A stretch of DNA of 64,000 nucleotides, from NCBI GenBank assembly GCA_037443265.1, contig JBBIOR010000003.1:1-64000 (forward strand), in the 5' to 3' direction. Positions 46,225 through 55,823 of the stretch are shown piece by piece. Position 1 is the stretch's first letter. Each line of letters opens with the position of its first letter. Both the position numbers and the translations under genes were made by a program. The notes under the pieces are model-generated. The model searched no databases. It was given only the letters and a program-made list of their open reading frames with translations, and was not told where the DNA came from. Source of the DNA: Candidatus Fraserbacteria bacterium (GTDB lineage Bacteria > Bipolaricaulota > Bipolaricaulia > RBG-16-55-9).

Positions 46225-47622
46225 TCAACCCCGGATACCGGTGAGTTTGATCCCCTCGATGAAGTAGCGCTGGAAGATGAGGAAGACGACCAGCACGGGG
46301 ATGGCGGCCATAACCGCCCCGGCCAAGATGAGATTCCAGTTGGTGCCGGCCTGCGCGCCGTAGTACTGCAAAAGATTCATCAGGCCTATGGGCAGGGTGA
46401 ACATCTCCTGACTGCGCAGCACGATCAGCGGCCAGAAGAGCTCGTTCCAGGCGCCGTGGAAGGTGAGGATCGCCAGAGCCCCGAAGGCCGGCAGCGACAA
46501 GGGCAAGACGATGCGGGCATAGATCTGGAAGGTGCTCGCCCCGTCTATGCGCGCTGCCTCTTCCAGCTCGCGCGGAATGGACTCGAAGAACTGCTTGAGC
46601 AGAAAGACGGCGGAGATGCCTACCAAGCCCGGCAGGAAGACCCCGGCGTAAGTGTTAATGAGCGTCTCGGTCCCAAAGAGTCGGGAGATGCCAAAGAGCC
46701 CATCGCGCAGCAAGAGGAAGTTGGAGATCATCGTCACCTGGCCGGGCACCATCATGGTGAAGATGGAGGACAAAAACAAGAGGTTGCGGCCGGGGAAGCG
46801 CAGGCGGGCCAGGGCATATCCGGCCAGGCTCGCCAGAGCCAGCGTCAGGATCACCCTGAGGGCGGCGAGGAAGAAGGAGTTGGTCACCCAGCGGGCGAAG
46901 AGGGGCTTATCCCCCGGACCGCGGTAGGCCGTCCAGACTCTTAGATAGTTCTCGAAGAGGTAGCCGAGCACCCCAGGGGTGATGTCCTGCCAGGTGAGGA
47001 CCGTCTCGGAGACGCGGGGGCTGATTAGAGCCGGCCAGAGGGTGGCCCCTGCCAGCTGCCAGCCGGCGGGGACTCGGACGGCCAGGCGGACGCGGTCGTG
47101 GAAGAGCCGCCCGGCGTGGCTGAGCCGGACCTCGTAGACGCGCTCCTGAATGCTGCTCCGCTCCTCCAGTAGGGCGACGGAGGCCTGGATGTCCGGCCGC
47201 GGATCGGTGGTCATGCCGGCGGCCGGGGGCAGGAGCATCACCGTGGGGGCTTCCTCTGGGGCGCGGTTGTTGGCAGCATAAGAGGCCGTGCGGAAGACGA
47301 GTGTGAAGCGCACGGTGCGGCCGGCGGAGAAGCCGCCCAGCCAGCCATCTCCACTGCCCTGGCGCCCCAGCTGCCAGGCCCCCACCCAGTTGTGCGGCCG
47401 GAACTTCTGGGGATAGAACTCCGGCGGCCAGGTGAGCGCGTCCTCGCGAAACGAGGAGAGGAAGGCATATAGTAGCGGGCCGATCATCACGAGCGCCAAG
47501 GCACTCAGCAGGGCGTATATGAGCAGCAGGCGTGTGCGTCGCCGCCTCCTCACCCAGGCCGCACTCACAAGATAGATCCGGCTACGGAAGGGCACCCCTA
47601 CCGGCTTCTCTCTGCTGCTCAT
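46225..47622 (-). CDS. Carbohydrate ABC permease (MalG type, large extracytoplasmic insertion)
   Basis: AGYALARLRF, ELEEAARIDGA, WNELFWP. Confidence 0.9.
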   Translation of the reverse strand: MSSREKPVGVPFRSRIYLVSAAWVRRRRRTRLLLIYALLSALALVMIGPLLYAFLSSFREDALTWPPEFYPQKFRPHNWVGAWQLGRQGSGDGWLGGFSAGRTVRFTLVFRTASYAANNRAPEEAPTVMLLPPAAGMTTDPRPDIQASVALLEERSSIQERVYEVRLSHAGRLFHDRVRLAVRVPAGWQLAGATLWPALISPRVSETVLTWQDITPGVLGYLFENYLRVWTAYRGPGDKPLFARWVTNSFFLAALRVILTLALASLAGYALARLRFPGRNLLFLSSIFTMMVPGQVTMISNFLLLRDGLFGISRLFGTETLINTYAGVFLPGLVGISAVFLLKQFFESIPRELEEAARIDGASTFQIYARIVLPLSLPAFGALAILTFHGAWNELFWPLIVLRSQEMFTLPIGLMNLLQYYGAQAGTNWNLILAGAVMAAIPVLVVFLIFQRYFIEGIKLTGIRG

Positions 47623-48713
47623 AACACGCCCTTCTCCGAGATACCGAATCGGCGCTGCAAGAGCACTACCGCCAGGGTGAGGAGCGCCAGGAAGAGGGCC
47701 GCGGCTGAGGCCATTCCTACCCGTGGCAGGCCCCCGCCCCCAAACATGTTCCAGTAGATGTAGTAAGCGAGCGTGATGATGCTGTCCAGGGGGGCCAGTC
47801 CGGCCAGCACGGCCACCTGATCGAACATCTGGAGGGTGCCAATCAGCCCCAGGGTGATCACCAGAAAGAGCACGGGTCGCAGGGCTGGTACGGTGACGTA
47901 CCAGAGCTTCTGCCAGGATCCGGCCCCGTCCAGCTCCGCCGCTTCGTAGAGCTCCTTGGGGACGTCCTGCAGGCCGGCGAGGAAGATGACCATGAACGTT
48001 GGAATCGTCGTCCAGATGTTGAGAGCCATGATCGACCAGAGGGGCAGGGGCACACCCAAGAACGTCCGCTCGGTGCTCACCCAAGCGATCTCCATAGGCG
48101 GCACCGCCCGCGGCCTAAGCACCCCCAGCTGGTGGAGCCCTATGGTCACCAAGGCTGCCCCCAGCAGGCTGGTGAGCAGCAGGAGGGGATCGAAGAACCG
48201 AGTCGGCGCCTTCCAGCGCCACCGCTCCCAAAGAAGCTGGAGGAGGTGCAAGAGGGCGACCGCACCCGCAAAGACGAGCAGATAGAGAGCATATTGCTGC
48301 AGCGCCGTAAGCAGGAAGTTGGCCACCCCGCGCCGATGGACCAACCAGGCGAAGATCAGCGTAACCACGACGCTGGAGCTTATGCTGGGCACGTAGTAGC
48401 CAGCGCGGAAAAGCGTGATCCCGCGCAGCTTCTGATTGACCACCACGGCCAAAAGCAGCGCCAGAATCGTCTGGACGCTCGTGACTATGGCGGAGAATAC
48501 AAGCGTGTGGGAGAGGGCCAGCAGGAAGCGGCTGTCTTCGAGGAGGTGGTTGAAGTTCTTTAGCCCCACCCAGCTGGGGGGCTTGAAGAGATCATATTCG
48601 GTGAAGCTGAAGTATACGGCGCGGATGAAGGCGTATCCGAAGGCCACAACCAAGGTCCAAAGCAGGGGCAGCAGGAACAGGAAGGCCCAGCCCAGCTCCT
48701 CGCGGGTGCGCAT
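47619..48713 (-). CDS. Carbohydrate ABC permease (MalF type)
   Basis: WVGLKNF, LAGLQDVPKELYEAAELDGA. Confidence 0.9.
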   Translation of the reverse strand: MRTREELGWAFLFLLPLLWTLVVAFGYAFIRAVYFSFTEYDLFKPPSWVGLKNFNHLLEDSRFLLALSHTLVFSAIVTSVQTILALLLAVVVNQKLRGITLFRAGYYVPSISSSVVVTLIFAWLVHRRGVANFLLTALQQYALYLLVFAGAVALLHLLQLLWERWRWKAPTRFFDPLLLLTSLLGAALVTIGLHQLGVLRPRAVPPMEIAWVSTERTFLGVPLPLWSIMALNIWTTIPTFMVIFLAGLQDVPKELYEAAELDGAGSWQKLWYVTVPALRPVLFLVITLGLIGTLQMFDQVAVLAGLAPLDSIITLAYYIYWNMFGGGGLPRVGMASAAALFLALLTLAVVLLQRRFGISEKGVL

Positions 48714-48782
48714 GCAAAGAGTGTAAGAGCAGAGGAGCCGGCGGACAAGCCGGCCCCCCACTCCTTCTCCTCTTCTTGATCT

Positions 48783-50105
48783 TTACGTGCCGGGACAGAC
48801 GCCTCTTGGGACGAGCCCCTTATCGACCAGGAGCTTGTTGAGGTTTAAGGCGGCCTCCTCCATGGCCGCTCGGACGGTGGCCTCCTTGTTGAAGATCTTC
48901 GTCAGGGCGGCGCCCAGGGTGTCGAGGTAGGCCGGCCCACCGACCGCGCCGAAGGTGAAGGGGCGTGTGCCCGGCTGGCCGGTGGCCTCAAAGACCACGC
49001 GCGCGCCCGCTTGGAAGGGGTTCTGCGGGTTGGCCAGGGGAGATTTGGGATCGGCCAGAAGCTCCTTGCGCGGCGGGATGGCCAGCCGCTCCAGCACGAA
49101 GAGATTGGCCTCCTTGCTCACCAGGGCCTCGACCACCTGGAAGGCCGTCTGAGCTCGCGCTGAGGGTAAGCCTGCGGGGATGCCGTAGCCTACGGTGAAG
49201 AGGTAGTTGGCCCTCTTGCCGTCTGGGGTCAGCGGCAGGAAGGCCGCGCCGAAGTCGAGGGTGGGGTTCTCGTTGAGGATGGGGCCGAGCATCCAGCCGC
49301 CCTCGTTGACGATGAAGCCCTTCTCGGCCGTGAAGGCCGCCCCCGGCCAGCCGGCTCCCACGTCCGCCGAGGTCTTGCCAAAGCCAAAGCGATTAGGGAT
49401 GCTGAAGAACTCAGCTGCCGTGATGGCTTCCTCCGTCGCGAAGGGGGCGCAGAGCCCGAGCATGAAGGGCATCCCATTCGCGAAGGCAAAAGGCAGGAAT
49501 CTTACCGGGTCCGGGTTGAGGTTGATCGCGGCCGTGCCTGCAGGGGCGGCTCGATTTACTGCCTGCGCCTTCTGCAAGAAGTCGAACCAGGTGTCGGTGT
49601 TGCTGGGGAAAGCCACGCCGGCTCGCCGGAAGGCATCCTTGTTGTACCAGATCACTAAGCTGTTGAAGTCCTTGGCGATGGCATAAATTTGCCCATCGAA
49701 TTCGAAGGCGTCCACCAGGGGCTCCAGCCATTTATCCCGCAAGTTCGGCCCTAGGTCCGTGGACCGCGCGATGAAGTCGTTAAGAGACTGGAGCCTTCCG
49801 GTCGCTGCCACCTCCGGAGCCCAGAAGACATCGATGTAGTAGATGTCCGCCAGAGCTGCTCCTCCGGCCGCCAGATCATTTAGGACCCGCTGGCGCATGT
49901 CCACGGCCTCGGGCTGCCAGACGACGTTCACACCTGCAGGCAGCTTGCCTATCCGCTGTAGCTCCGTAAGAAGCGCCTGCACTACGGGGGTGTCCCCGCT
50001 GAAGCCGACCAGGGTGATGCTCGTGGGCTGCTGGCTAGAAGAGGCGGTGCCCAGCCCCAATACCAGAAGCCCGGCCAGTCCCAAGATGAGCCACTTCCTG
50101 TACAT
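48783..50105 (-). CDS. Carbohydrate ABC solute-binding protein
   Basis: Signal peptide, DGQIYAI, WYNKDAF, GGWM. Confidence 0.9.
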   Translation of the reverse strand: MYRKWLILGLAGLLVLGLGTASSSQQPTSITLVGFSGDTPVVQALLTELQRIGKLPAGVNVVWQPEAVDMRQRVLNDLAAGGAALADIYYIDVFWAPEVAATGRLQSLNDFIARSTDLGPNLRDKWLEPLVDAFEFDGQIYAIAKDFNSLVIWYNKDAFRRAGVAFPSNTDTWFDFLQKAQAVNRAAPAGTAAINLNPDPVRFLPFAFANGMPFMLGLCAPFATEEAITAAEFFSIPNRFGFGKTSADVGAGWPGAAFTAEKGFIVNEGGWMLGPILNENPTLDFGAAFLPLTPDGKRANYLFTVGYGIPAGLPSARAQTAFQVVEALVSKEANLFVLERLAIPPRKELLADPKSPLANPQNPFQAGARVVFEATGQPGTRPFTFGAVGGPAYLDTLGAALTKIFNKEATVRAAMEEAALNLNKLLVDKGLVPRGVCPGT

Positions 50106-50186
50106 TTTTGTACCTCCTTCGGTTCAATCGATTTGTGGGCGAGAAGGGAGCTTGTGAGGCTGGAGGTTCACTCATCCATCCCCTTT

Positions 50187-50200
50187 CGTAATCGATTACG
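50187..50200. promoter_or_regulatory. LacI-type operator (perfect palindrome)
   Basis: CGTAATCGATTACG; related sites at 44008-44021, ~50122-50134 and 51221-51234. Confidence 0.7.
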
Positions 50201-50229
50201 GAGTAAGCTAGCATAAAAGGCCTCTTCTG

Positions 50230-51195
50230 TCAAGATGAGCGAAGAAGCCTCAAGCGCTGCGCGGCCTCCTCGGGCGGGACGGAATTGACATAGAAGCCCG
50301 TGCCCCACTCCAGCCCTGCCAGCTGGCCCAGACGGGGCAAGATCTCAAAGTGCCAGTGATAGCTGTACTCCAGCGTGGGAGCGGGCTTCTTGCGCCCGGA
50401 GGGCGGCAACGGCGCCGTATGGAGATAGTAATTGTACGCTGTGGAGCGGAGCGCGTGGGCGAGTCGAGCCAGGGTGCGTGGGAGCAGGCAGGCCAGCGAG
50501 CTGAGCTCTTCCGCAGAGATCATGAGAAAGTCATGGGCGTGTCTTCGGGGCAAGACCCAGCACTCAAAAGGGACGCGCGCGGCATAGGGGGACCAGACGA
50601 GAAAGTATCCATCCACATCGATGACGCGCTCTTTGAGGGCCAGTTCGCGCTCGATCATCTCGCAATAGGGGCAGCGGCGCCGCGGGCGATAGGATCGCTC
50701 AGCCATTTGAAGCTCTTCTCGGATCAGAGGAGGGATGAGTGGGAATCCCACGAGCTGGGCGTGGGGGTGGGCGCGCGTCGCTCCGGCAGCTCGGCCGTAG
50801 TTCTTAAAGAGGGCCAGATAGCGCCAACGCCCCTGCTGGGCGAGGGCCTCCAGGCGCGTCTTGTACGCAGATATCACTTGCTGGACGTGATCTTGGGGTA
50901 GAGCGGGAAGGTCCTTCCCATGGGCTGGGGTCTCGATGATGAGCTCATGGGCGTCGCTGATGGGGTATTTATTGGGGATGGCGCGGATCTGCCAGCTGGG
51001 GCTGTTGGGCGGACCCTCCCGGAGGGCCCATGTCTCCGCCGGGGTCTCCTTCTCATGGCCCGGGCAGAAGGGGCAGTCCTCTTCGCTTAAGAGAGGCTCG
51101 TGGGCGGGCCAATCCGAGGGGCGAGCTCCCCGGCCGTGGACTATCAACACCCGGCGCCGTGTGAACGTGTCTACGCGGACCTCCAACATCTCCAT
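50230..51195 (-). CDS. galT: Galactose-1-phosphate uridylyltransferase-like (GalT)
   Basis: CPFCPG, PNKYP, HELIIETP, HPHAQ, YHWHFEI. Confidence 0.88.
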   Translation of the reverse strand: MEMLEVRVDTFTRRRVLIVHGRGARPSDWPAHEPLLSEEDCPFCPGHEKETPAETWALREGPPNSPSWQIRAIPNKYPISDAHELIIETPAHGKDLPALPQDHVQQVISAYKTRLEALAQQGRWRYLALFKNYGRAAGATRAHPHAQLVGFPLIPPLIREELQMAERSYRPRRRCPYCEMIERELALKERVIDVDGYFLVWSPYAARVPFECWVLPRRHAHDFLMISAEELSSLACLLPRTLARLAHALRSTAYNYYLHTAPLPPSGRKKPAPTLEYSYHWHFEILPRLGQLAGLEWGTGFYVNSVPPEEAAQRLRLLRSS

Positions 51196-51206
51196 AGCTC
51201 AAGCTC

Positions 51207-51236
51207 TTGACAACCCACTCTTAAATCGATTATACT
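51207..51236 (+). promoter_or_regulatory. Promoter of the alpha-glucoside ABC operon overlapping an operator-like site
   Basis: TTGACA-18-TATACT with an AATCGATTA core. Confidence 0.6.
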
Positions 51237-51453
51237 GCTCTTGCCGTAATGTGCTACTGCCAAGATCACCCAGCGCAAGACACAAAGGAGGCGAGAATCG
51301 GTGCAAATAAGCTGTACACCTTCAAGGCCACCTGCCCGCTTGACCTACCGTTATGATCTTCTCTCTTGCCAGCCAAAGATCCCTAGCCTCATAGGGGGTG
51401 GGAGATGAAATCAAGTCCATCGCTAAATATATAATAATACAGGAGGGATAAAA

Positions 51454-52776
51454 ATGTTCAAGCGGAGTTTACTGTTCCTGCTCATTGCGGCCATGACGGT
51501 AGGCGCGTTGTTCTTGTTCACATCTTCGAATGCGGTGACGGCTGCCCAGGGAGGGCAGGTCGAGATCGTCGTTGTCTGGTCCGGCGGGGAGCTGGATGCC
51601 TTCAATCAAGTCATCGCCCGCTTTGAGCAGAATACGGGCATAGACGCAGTGGTAAACAGTGCTGGCAGGGATCTGCCCTCGGTGCTGGTCAGCCGGGTGG
51701 CGGCGGGCAATCCACCCGACGTGGCCGCCCTGCCCAACCCGGGGCAGATGGCGGAGTTCGTCCGCCAGGGTGCGCTCGTGGCGCTCGACCCGGCGATCGT
51801 GGCGGATCACCCCAAGGCCTTTGTGGATCTGGGCTCCGTGGACGGGACGCTCTACGGTGTCTTCCTCTCCGCGGATCTTAAGAGCCTGGTGTGGTACAAC
51901 ACGAAGCAATTGGGTCCTAATGCGGGCCTTCCAAGCTGGGATCAGCTGATGGCCTTCACGGAAGGGCTGGCCGCCCGTGGCCAGACCGCCTGGTGCATCG
52001 GCTTGGAGAGCGGAGCAGCCTCTGGGTGGCCCGGCACGGACTGGGTCGAGGACATTATGCTGCGGACCGCCGGGCCTGAGGCCTACGACCAGTGGGTCAA
52101 CCACGACATCCCCTGGACGGACGCGCGGGTGAAGTACGCCTTCGAGCTCTTCGGCCAGATCGCCCGCAACCCAAAGTTCGTGCTGGGCGGACCACAGGGA
52201 GCCTTGAGCACCAACTTCGGCGAATCGCCCAATGGGCTCTTCACCAGCCCGCCGGGCTGCTATCTTCACCGCCAAGCGACCTTCATTCAGAGCTTCATTC
52301 TGAGCGCCAACCCTGGGTTGCAGCCGAGGGTGGACTTCAACATCTTCCTCTTCCCGCCCATCGACCCGCAGTTCGGCAATCCCTTGCTGGGCGCTGGAGA
52401 CTTAATTAGCGTCTTTCGCAACACCCCTCAGGCCCGAGAGCTCATTAAGTTCTTGGCCTCTGCCGAAGCCCAAGAGATCTGGGTCGGCACGCTCAAGAAG
52501 CTACCGATTAACACCCGAGTCAACGTCTCCGTCTTGGCGAACCCGATCGCCGAACGGGCCGCCCAGCTGCTCTTTACGGCAGCAGCCTTCCGCTTCGACG
52601 GATCTGATCTGATGCCCGCAGCGGTGGGCTCCGGCGAGTTCTGGACGGCGGTGCTCGACTACGTCGGCGGCGCGGACGTCTGCAGCGTCCTAAGGCGCCT
52701 GGAGGCCGCAGCCGACAGAGCGTACACCCGCGGCGCAGCGACCAACAACGTGGTGGAGCCGGGGGCCTGCCCATAA
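51454..52776 (+). CDS. Alpha-glucoside ABC solute-binding protein (AglE-like)
   Basis: KSLVWYN, WCIGLESGAASGWPGTDWVED, FRFDGSDLMP. Confidence 0.9.
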   Translation: MFKRSLLFLLIAAMTVGALFLFTSSNAVTAAQGGQVEIVVVWSGGELDAFNQVIARFEQNTGIDAVVNSAGRDLPSVLVSRVAAGNPPDVAALPNPGQMAEFVRQGALVALDPAIVADHPKAFVDLGSVDGTLYGVFLSADLKSLVWYNTKQLGPNAGLPSWDQLMAFTEGLAARGQTAWCIGLESGAASGWPGTDWVEDIMLRTAGPEAYDQWVNHDIPWTDARVKYAFELFGQIARNPKFVLGGPQGALSTNFGESPNGLFTSPPGCYLHRQATFIQSFILSANPGLQPRVDFNIFLFPPIDPQFGNPLLGAGDLISVFRNTPQARELIKFLASAEAQEIWVGTLKKLPINTRVNVSVLANPIAERAAQLLFTAAAFRFDGSDLMPAAVGSGEFWTAVLDYVGGADVCSVLRRLEAAADRAYTRGAATNNVVEPGACP

Positions 52777-52801
52777 CGCGAGGCTCTCACCCATCAAAGA
52801 C

Positions 52802-52839
52802 GAGGAAGGAGTGGGGTACGGCTTGCCCACTCCTTCCTC
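52802..52839 (+). other. Intercistronic 14-bp stem-loop
   Basis: GAGGAAGGAGTGGG / CCCACTCCTTCCTC. Confidence 0.75.
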
Positions 52840-52869
52840 TCTTGATAGATAGAAAGAGAGCGATTCGCG

Positions 52870-53751
52870 ATGAAGACCCGCGGGCTCATCCCCTGGCTGT
52901 ATATCGCTCCTGCCCTGCTCATCTTGAGCTTCTATCTGGTGTATCCGGCGATTGAGACCCTCTATAATAGCTTTTTTAAGTTAAGCAGCTTGCGAGCTCC
53001 AGGCCAGTTCGTCGGACTGGAAAACTATGTTCGCATCTTCCTCCAGCAGGATACTCTTATAGCTTTGCGCAACAACGCCCTCTGGTTCCTCATTGTCACG
53101 GCTGTGGCTGTCGGCTTGGGATTGCTGCTGGCCGTGCTCCTCGATCGGGTGCGCTATGAGTCCTTCGCCAAATCTCTAATATTCATGCCCATGGCCATCT
53201 CATTTGTGGGGGCCGGGGTCATCTGGAAATTCGTCTATGCCTTTCGTCCCGAGATCTATCCCCAAATTGGCGTTTTAAACGCGGCCCGCGTGGCTTGGGG
53301 CTCCGATCCCATCGCGTGGCTCACCCAGAGCCCCTGGATCAACAATCTGGCCCTGATGGCCGTCTTCATCTGGATCTGGACGGGCTATTGCCTGGTCATT
53401 CTTTCCGCCGCCTATAAGGGCATCGATCGGGATCTTTTGGATGCCGCCCGCACAGATGGGGCCAACGAGTGGCAGGTCTTCTGGCATGTCATTCTGCCTA
53501 CCCTGCGCTCCACCATCGTGGTGGTGGCCACCACCATGACCGTCTTCACTCTAAAGGTCTTCGACATCGTCTACGTGATGACGAACGGGAATTTTGGCAC
53601 GGAGGTGCTGGCCAACGCCATGTACAAAGAGATGTATCTCTTTCAGAGATACGGCTTTGCCAGCGCCATCGCCGTGGTCATCTTTCTGGCCGTGCTGCCG
53701 TTCATCGTGATCAACATTCGCAGATTTCTGGAGCAGGAGGCCGTGCGATGA
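52870..53751 (+). CDS. Alpha-glucoside ABC permease (AglF-like)
   Basis: FVGLENY, PMAISFVGAG, DAARTDGA. Confidence 0.92.
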   Translation: MKTRGLIPWLYIAPALLILSFYLVYPAIETLYNSFFKLSSLRAPGQFVGLENYVRIFLQQDTLIALRNNALWFLIVTAVAVGLGLLLAVLLDRVRYESFAKSLIFMPMAISFVGAGVIWKFVYAFRPEIYPQIGVLNAARVAWGSDPIAWLTQSPWINNLALMAVFIWIWTGYCLVILSAAYKGIDRDLLDAARTDGANEWQVFWHVILPTLRSTIVVVATTMTVFTLKVFDIVYVMTNGNFGTEVLANAMYKEMYLFQRYGFASAIAVVIFLAVLPFIVINIRRFLEQEAVR

Positions 53752-54614
53752 GCGCCTACGGAAGGCTGAGGAAGTGCATGGGCAGAATCCCCTTGCATGT
53801 GACGGTGCTTCTCATTGTGGCTCTCTGGCTCATCCCCACCTTGGGGCTCTTGGTGACGTCGTTCCGGCCCTACCCTGAGATCTTAAGTTCCGGCTGGTGG
53901 AATGTGCTTCTGCACCCAGCGGAGTGGACGAAGTTCACCGCCCAAAACTATCTAGAGGTGCTGACCAAGCAGGGACTGGATCGCTCCTTTGTGAACAGTC
54001 TCATCATCACCATCCCGTCGACCTTGATCCCCTTAAGCATCGCGGCCTTTGCGGCGTATGCCTTCGCCTGGATGACCTTCCCTGGGCGGCAGCTATTGCT
54101 CATCCTCGTGATTGCTCTCATCGTCATTCCGCTACAGATGACGTTCATCCCCATTTTGAGGGTCTACAACTGGATGGGATTATCCGGATCATTCTTGGGA
54201 CTGTGGCTGGCCCATGCAGGCTACGGCCTGCCCCTGATGATCTATCTTCTGCGCAATTTCTTAGGGGCCTTGCCCAAAGAGCTCTTCGAGTCGGCCTTCA
54301 TCGACGGGGCCTCGTATTGGACGGCCTTCTGGAGGATCGCGCTCCCTTTAAGCGTGCCTGCCTTGGCCTCCATCGTGATCTTCCAGTTCTTGTGGGTGTG
54401 GAATGACCTCTTGGTAGCCCTCATCTACGTCGGAGGAAAGCAAGACGTGGCCCCGATCACCTGGCAGCTGGCCCAACTGGTGGGCTCCCGCGGACAGGAC
54501 TGGCACCTGCTCACGGCAGGCGCGTTCATCTCTATGATCCTGCCGGTGAGCGTCTTCTTCGCGCTGCAGCGTCACTTCGTGCGCGGCCTCTTGGCCGGCT
54601 CCATCAAAGGGTAG
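53748..54614 (+). CDS. Alpha-glucoside ABC permease (AglG-like)
   Basis: AAYAFAWM.FPG, ESAFIDGA, QFLWVWNDL. Confidence 0.92.
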   Translation: MSAYGRLRKCMGRIPLHVTVLLIVALWLIPTLGLLVTSFRPYPEILSSGWWNVLLHPAEWTKFTAQNYLEVLTKQGLDRSFVNSLIITIPSTLIPLSIAAFAAYAFAWMTFPGRQLLLILVIALIVIPLQMTFIPILRVYNWMGLSGSFLGLWLAHAGYGLPLMIYLLRNFLGALPKELFESAFIDGASYWTAFWRIALPLSVPALASIVIFQFLWVWNDLLVALIYVGGKQDVAPITWQLAQLVGSRGQDWHLLTAGAFISMILPVSVFFALQRHFVRGLLAGSIKG

Positions 54615-54676
54615 AAGTTGCAAAGCACATTCGGTTCTGTGACAATCCTGTGACGGGAAGAGGTGGGTAGAACGCG

Positions 54677-55792
54677 ATGGCTCAACTTTCAGAGTTGGCC
54701 GCCTGGCTTGTGCCACTGGGCCTCTTCTTCGCCATGCTTGTGGCTGGATATCTTGTGCGGGCCGTGCTCTATCGTGGGCTCATGGGTTGGGCCCAAAGAA
54801 GCGCCACGCCGCTGGATGACCTTATCATCGAGATCACCAAGCTGCCTTCGCTCTTGTGGCTTCTCCTCCTCGCAGCGCTGATCACCCTGCCGATGGTGGA
54901 AATCCCTGCAGGGCTCAGAGAGTTGATCGATAAGCTTCTGGTGGCTCTTTTGATTTTGTCTTTGACTTTGGTGGCCGCGCGTCTTCTGGTGGCCTTTATT
55001 CAGCGCTTTTTGAAAGCTCTCCCTGCAGAAAAAGCTCTGCCCATGACGGGCCTGACCCAGACCCTCACGCAACTCGCCGTGATCCTCATGGGCGTGCTCA
55101 TCATCTTAAGCACCTTGGGCATCAATATTACGCCTTTGCTTACGGCTTTGGGCATTGGAGGCCTGGCCGTAGCTTTAGCTCTGCAAGACACTCTCTCCAA
55201 TCTCTTTGCCGGGTTGCATATCTTGCTGGCGCGGCAGATCCAGCCCGGCCAGCGCATCAAGCTCGACTCCGGTGAGGAGGGCTATGTCGCCGACATCGGA
55301 TGGAGAAACACCACGCTGCGCGCTCCTCCAAATCATCTGATCATCATCCCTAACGCCAGGCTGGCTCAAAGCATCGTCACGAACTACAATCTACCCGATG
55401 ACCCTGTCAACATCGTCATCCCCGTGGGGGTCAGCTACGACTCCGATCCCGAGCAGGTCGAGCGGGTCCTCAAAGATGAGGCCCTGAAGATGATTCGCGC
55501 CTTGCCCGGCTTCATAAGAGATTTTGAGCCCATTGTGCGCTTCCAATCGTTCGGAGATTTCTCGCTCAATTTTCTGGTGATCCTGAGAGTAGAGAACTTC
55601 GACGCGCAATTTGCCGTGTGGGGAGAGATTCACAAGCGGATCTTCAAACGGCTCAAACAGGAAGGGATTGAGATCCCCTTCCCGGTCCGGACCATCTATC
55701 TCAGGGACCAGCAGGCCGTGCACCTCAACCCTAAGCGGAGCCCCAAGGATAAGCCTCCAAAGAGCCTGGGCACTCTGTATCATAATAAATAA
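54677..55792 (+). CDS. mscS: Small-conductance mechanosensitive channel
   Basis: LGIGGLAVALALQDTLSN, IPN, GVSYDSD, GIEIPFP. Confidence 0.93.
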   Translation: MAQLSELAAWLVPLGLFFAMLVAGYLVRAVLYRGLMGWAQRSATPLDDLIIEITKLPSLLWLLLLAALITLPMVEIPAGLRELIDKLLVALLILSLTLVAARLLVAFIQRFLKALPAEKALPMTGLTQTLTQLAVILMGVLIILSTLGINITPLLTALGIGGLAVALALQDTLSNLFAGLHILLARQIQPGQRIKLDSGEEGYVADIGWRNTTLRAPPNHLIIIPNARLAQSIVTNYNLPDDPVNIVIPVGVSYDSDPEQVERVLKDEALKMIRALPGFIRDFEPIVRFQSFGDFSLNFLVILRVENFDAQFAVWGEIHKRIFKRLKQEGIEIPFPVRTIYLRDQQAVHLNPKRSPKDKPPKSLGTLYHNK

Positions 55793-55823
55793 ATAAGGAG
55801 TAAGGGAGGAAGATGGCTCGTCC

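Noticed and set aside
47623..48084. Long N-terminal extensions of permeases (also 53469-53747) and of gap, pfkA and arc
   Set aside because: They overlap upstream genes or promoters; downstream starts with an RBS or coupled stop-start fit better
51301..51408. 35-codon uORF with SD upstream of the AglE-like gene
   Set aside because: No recognisable features or attenuator; cannot be supported without conservation data
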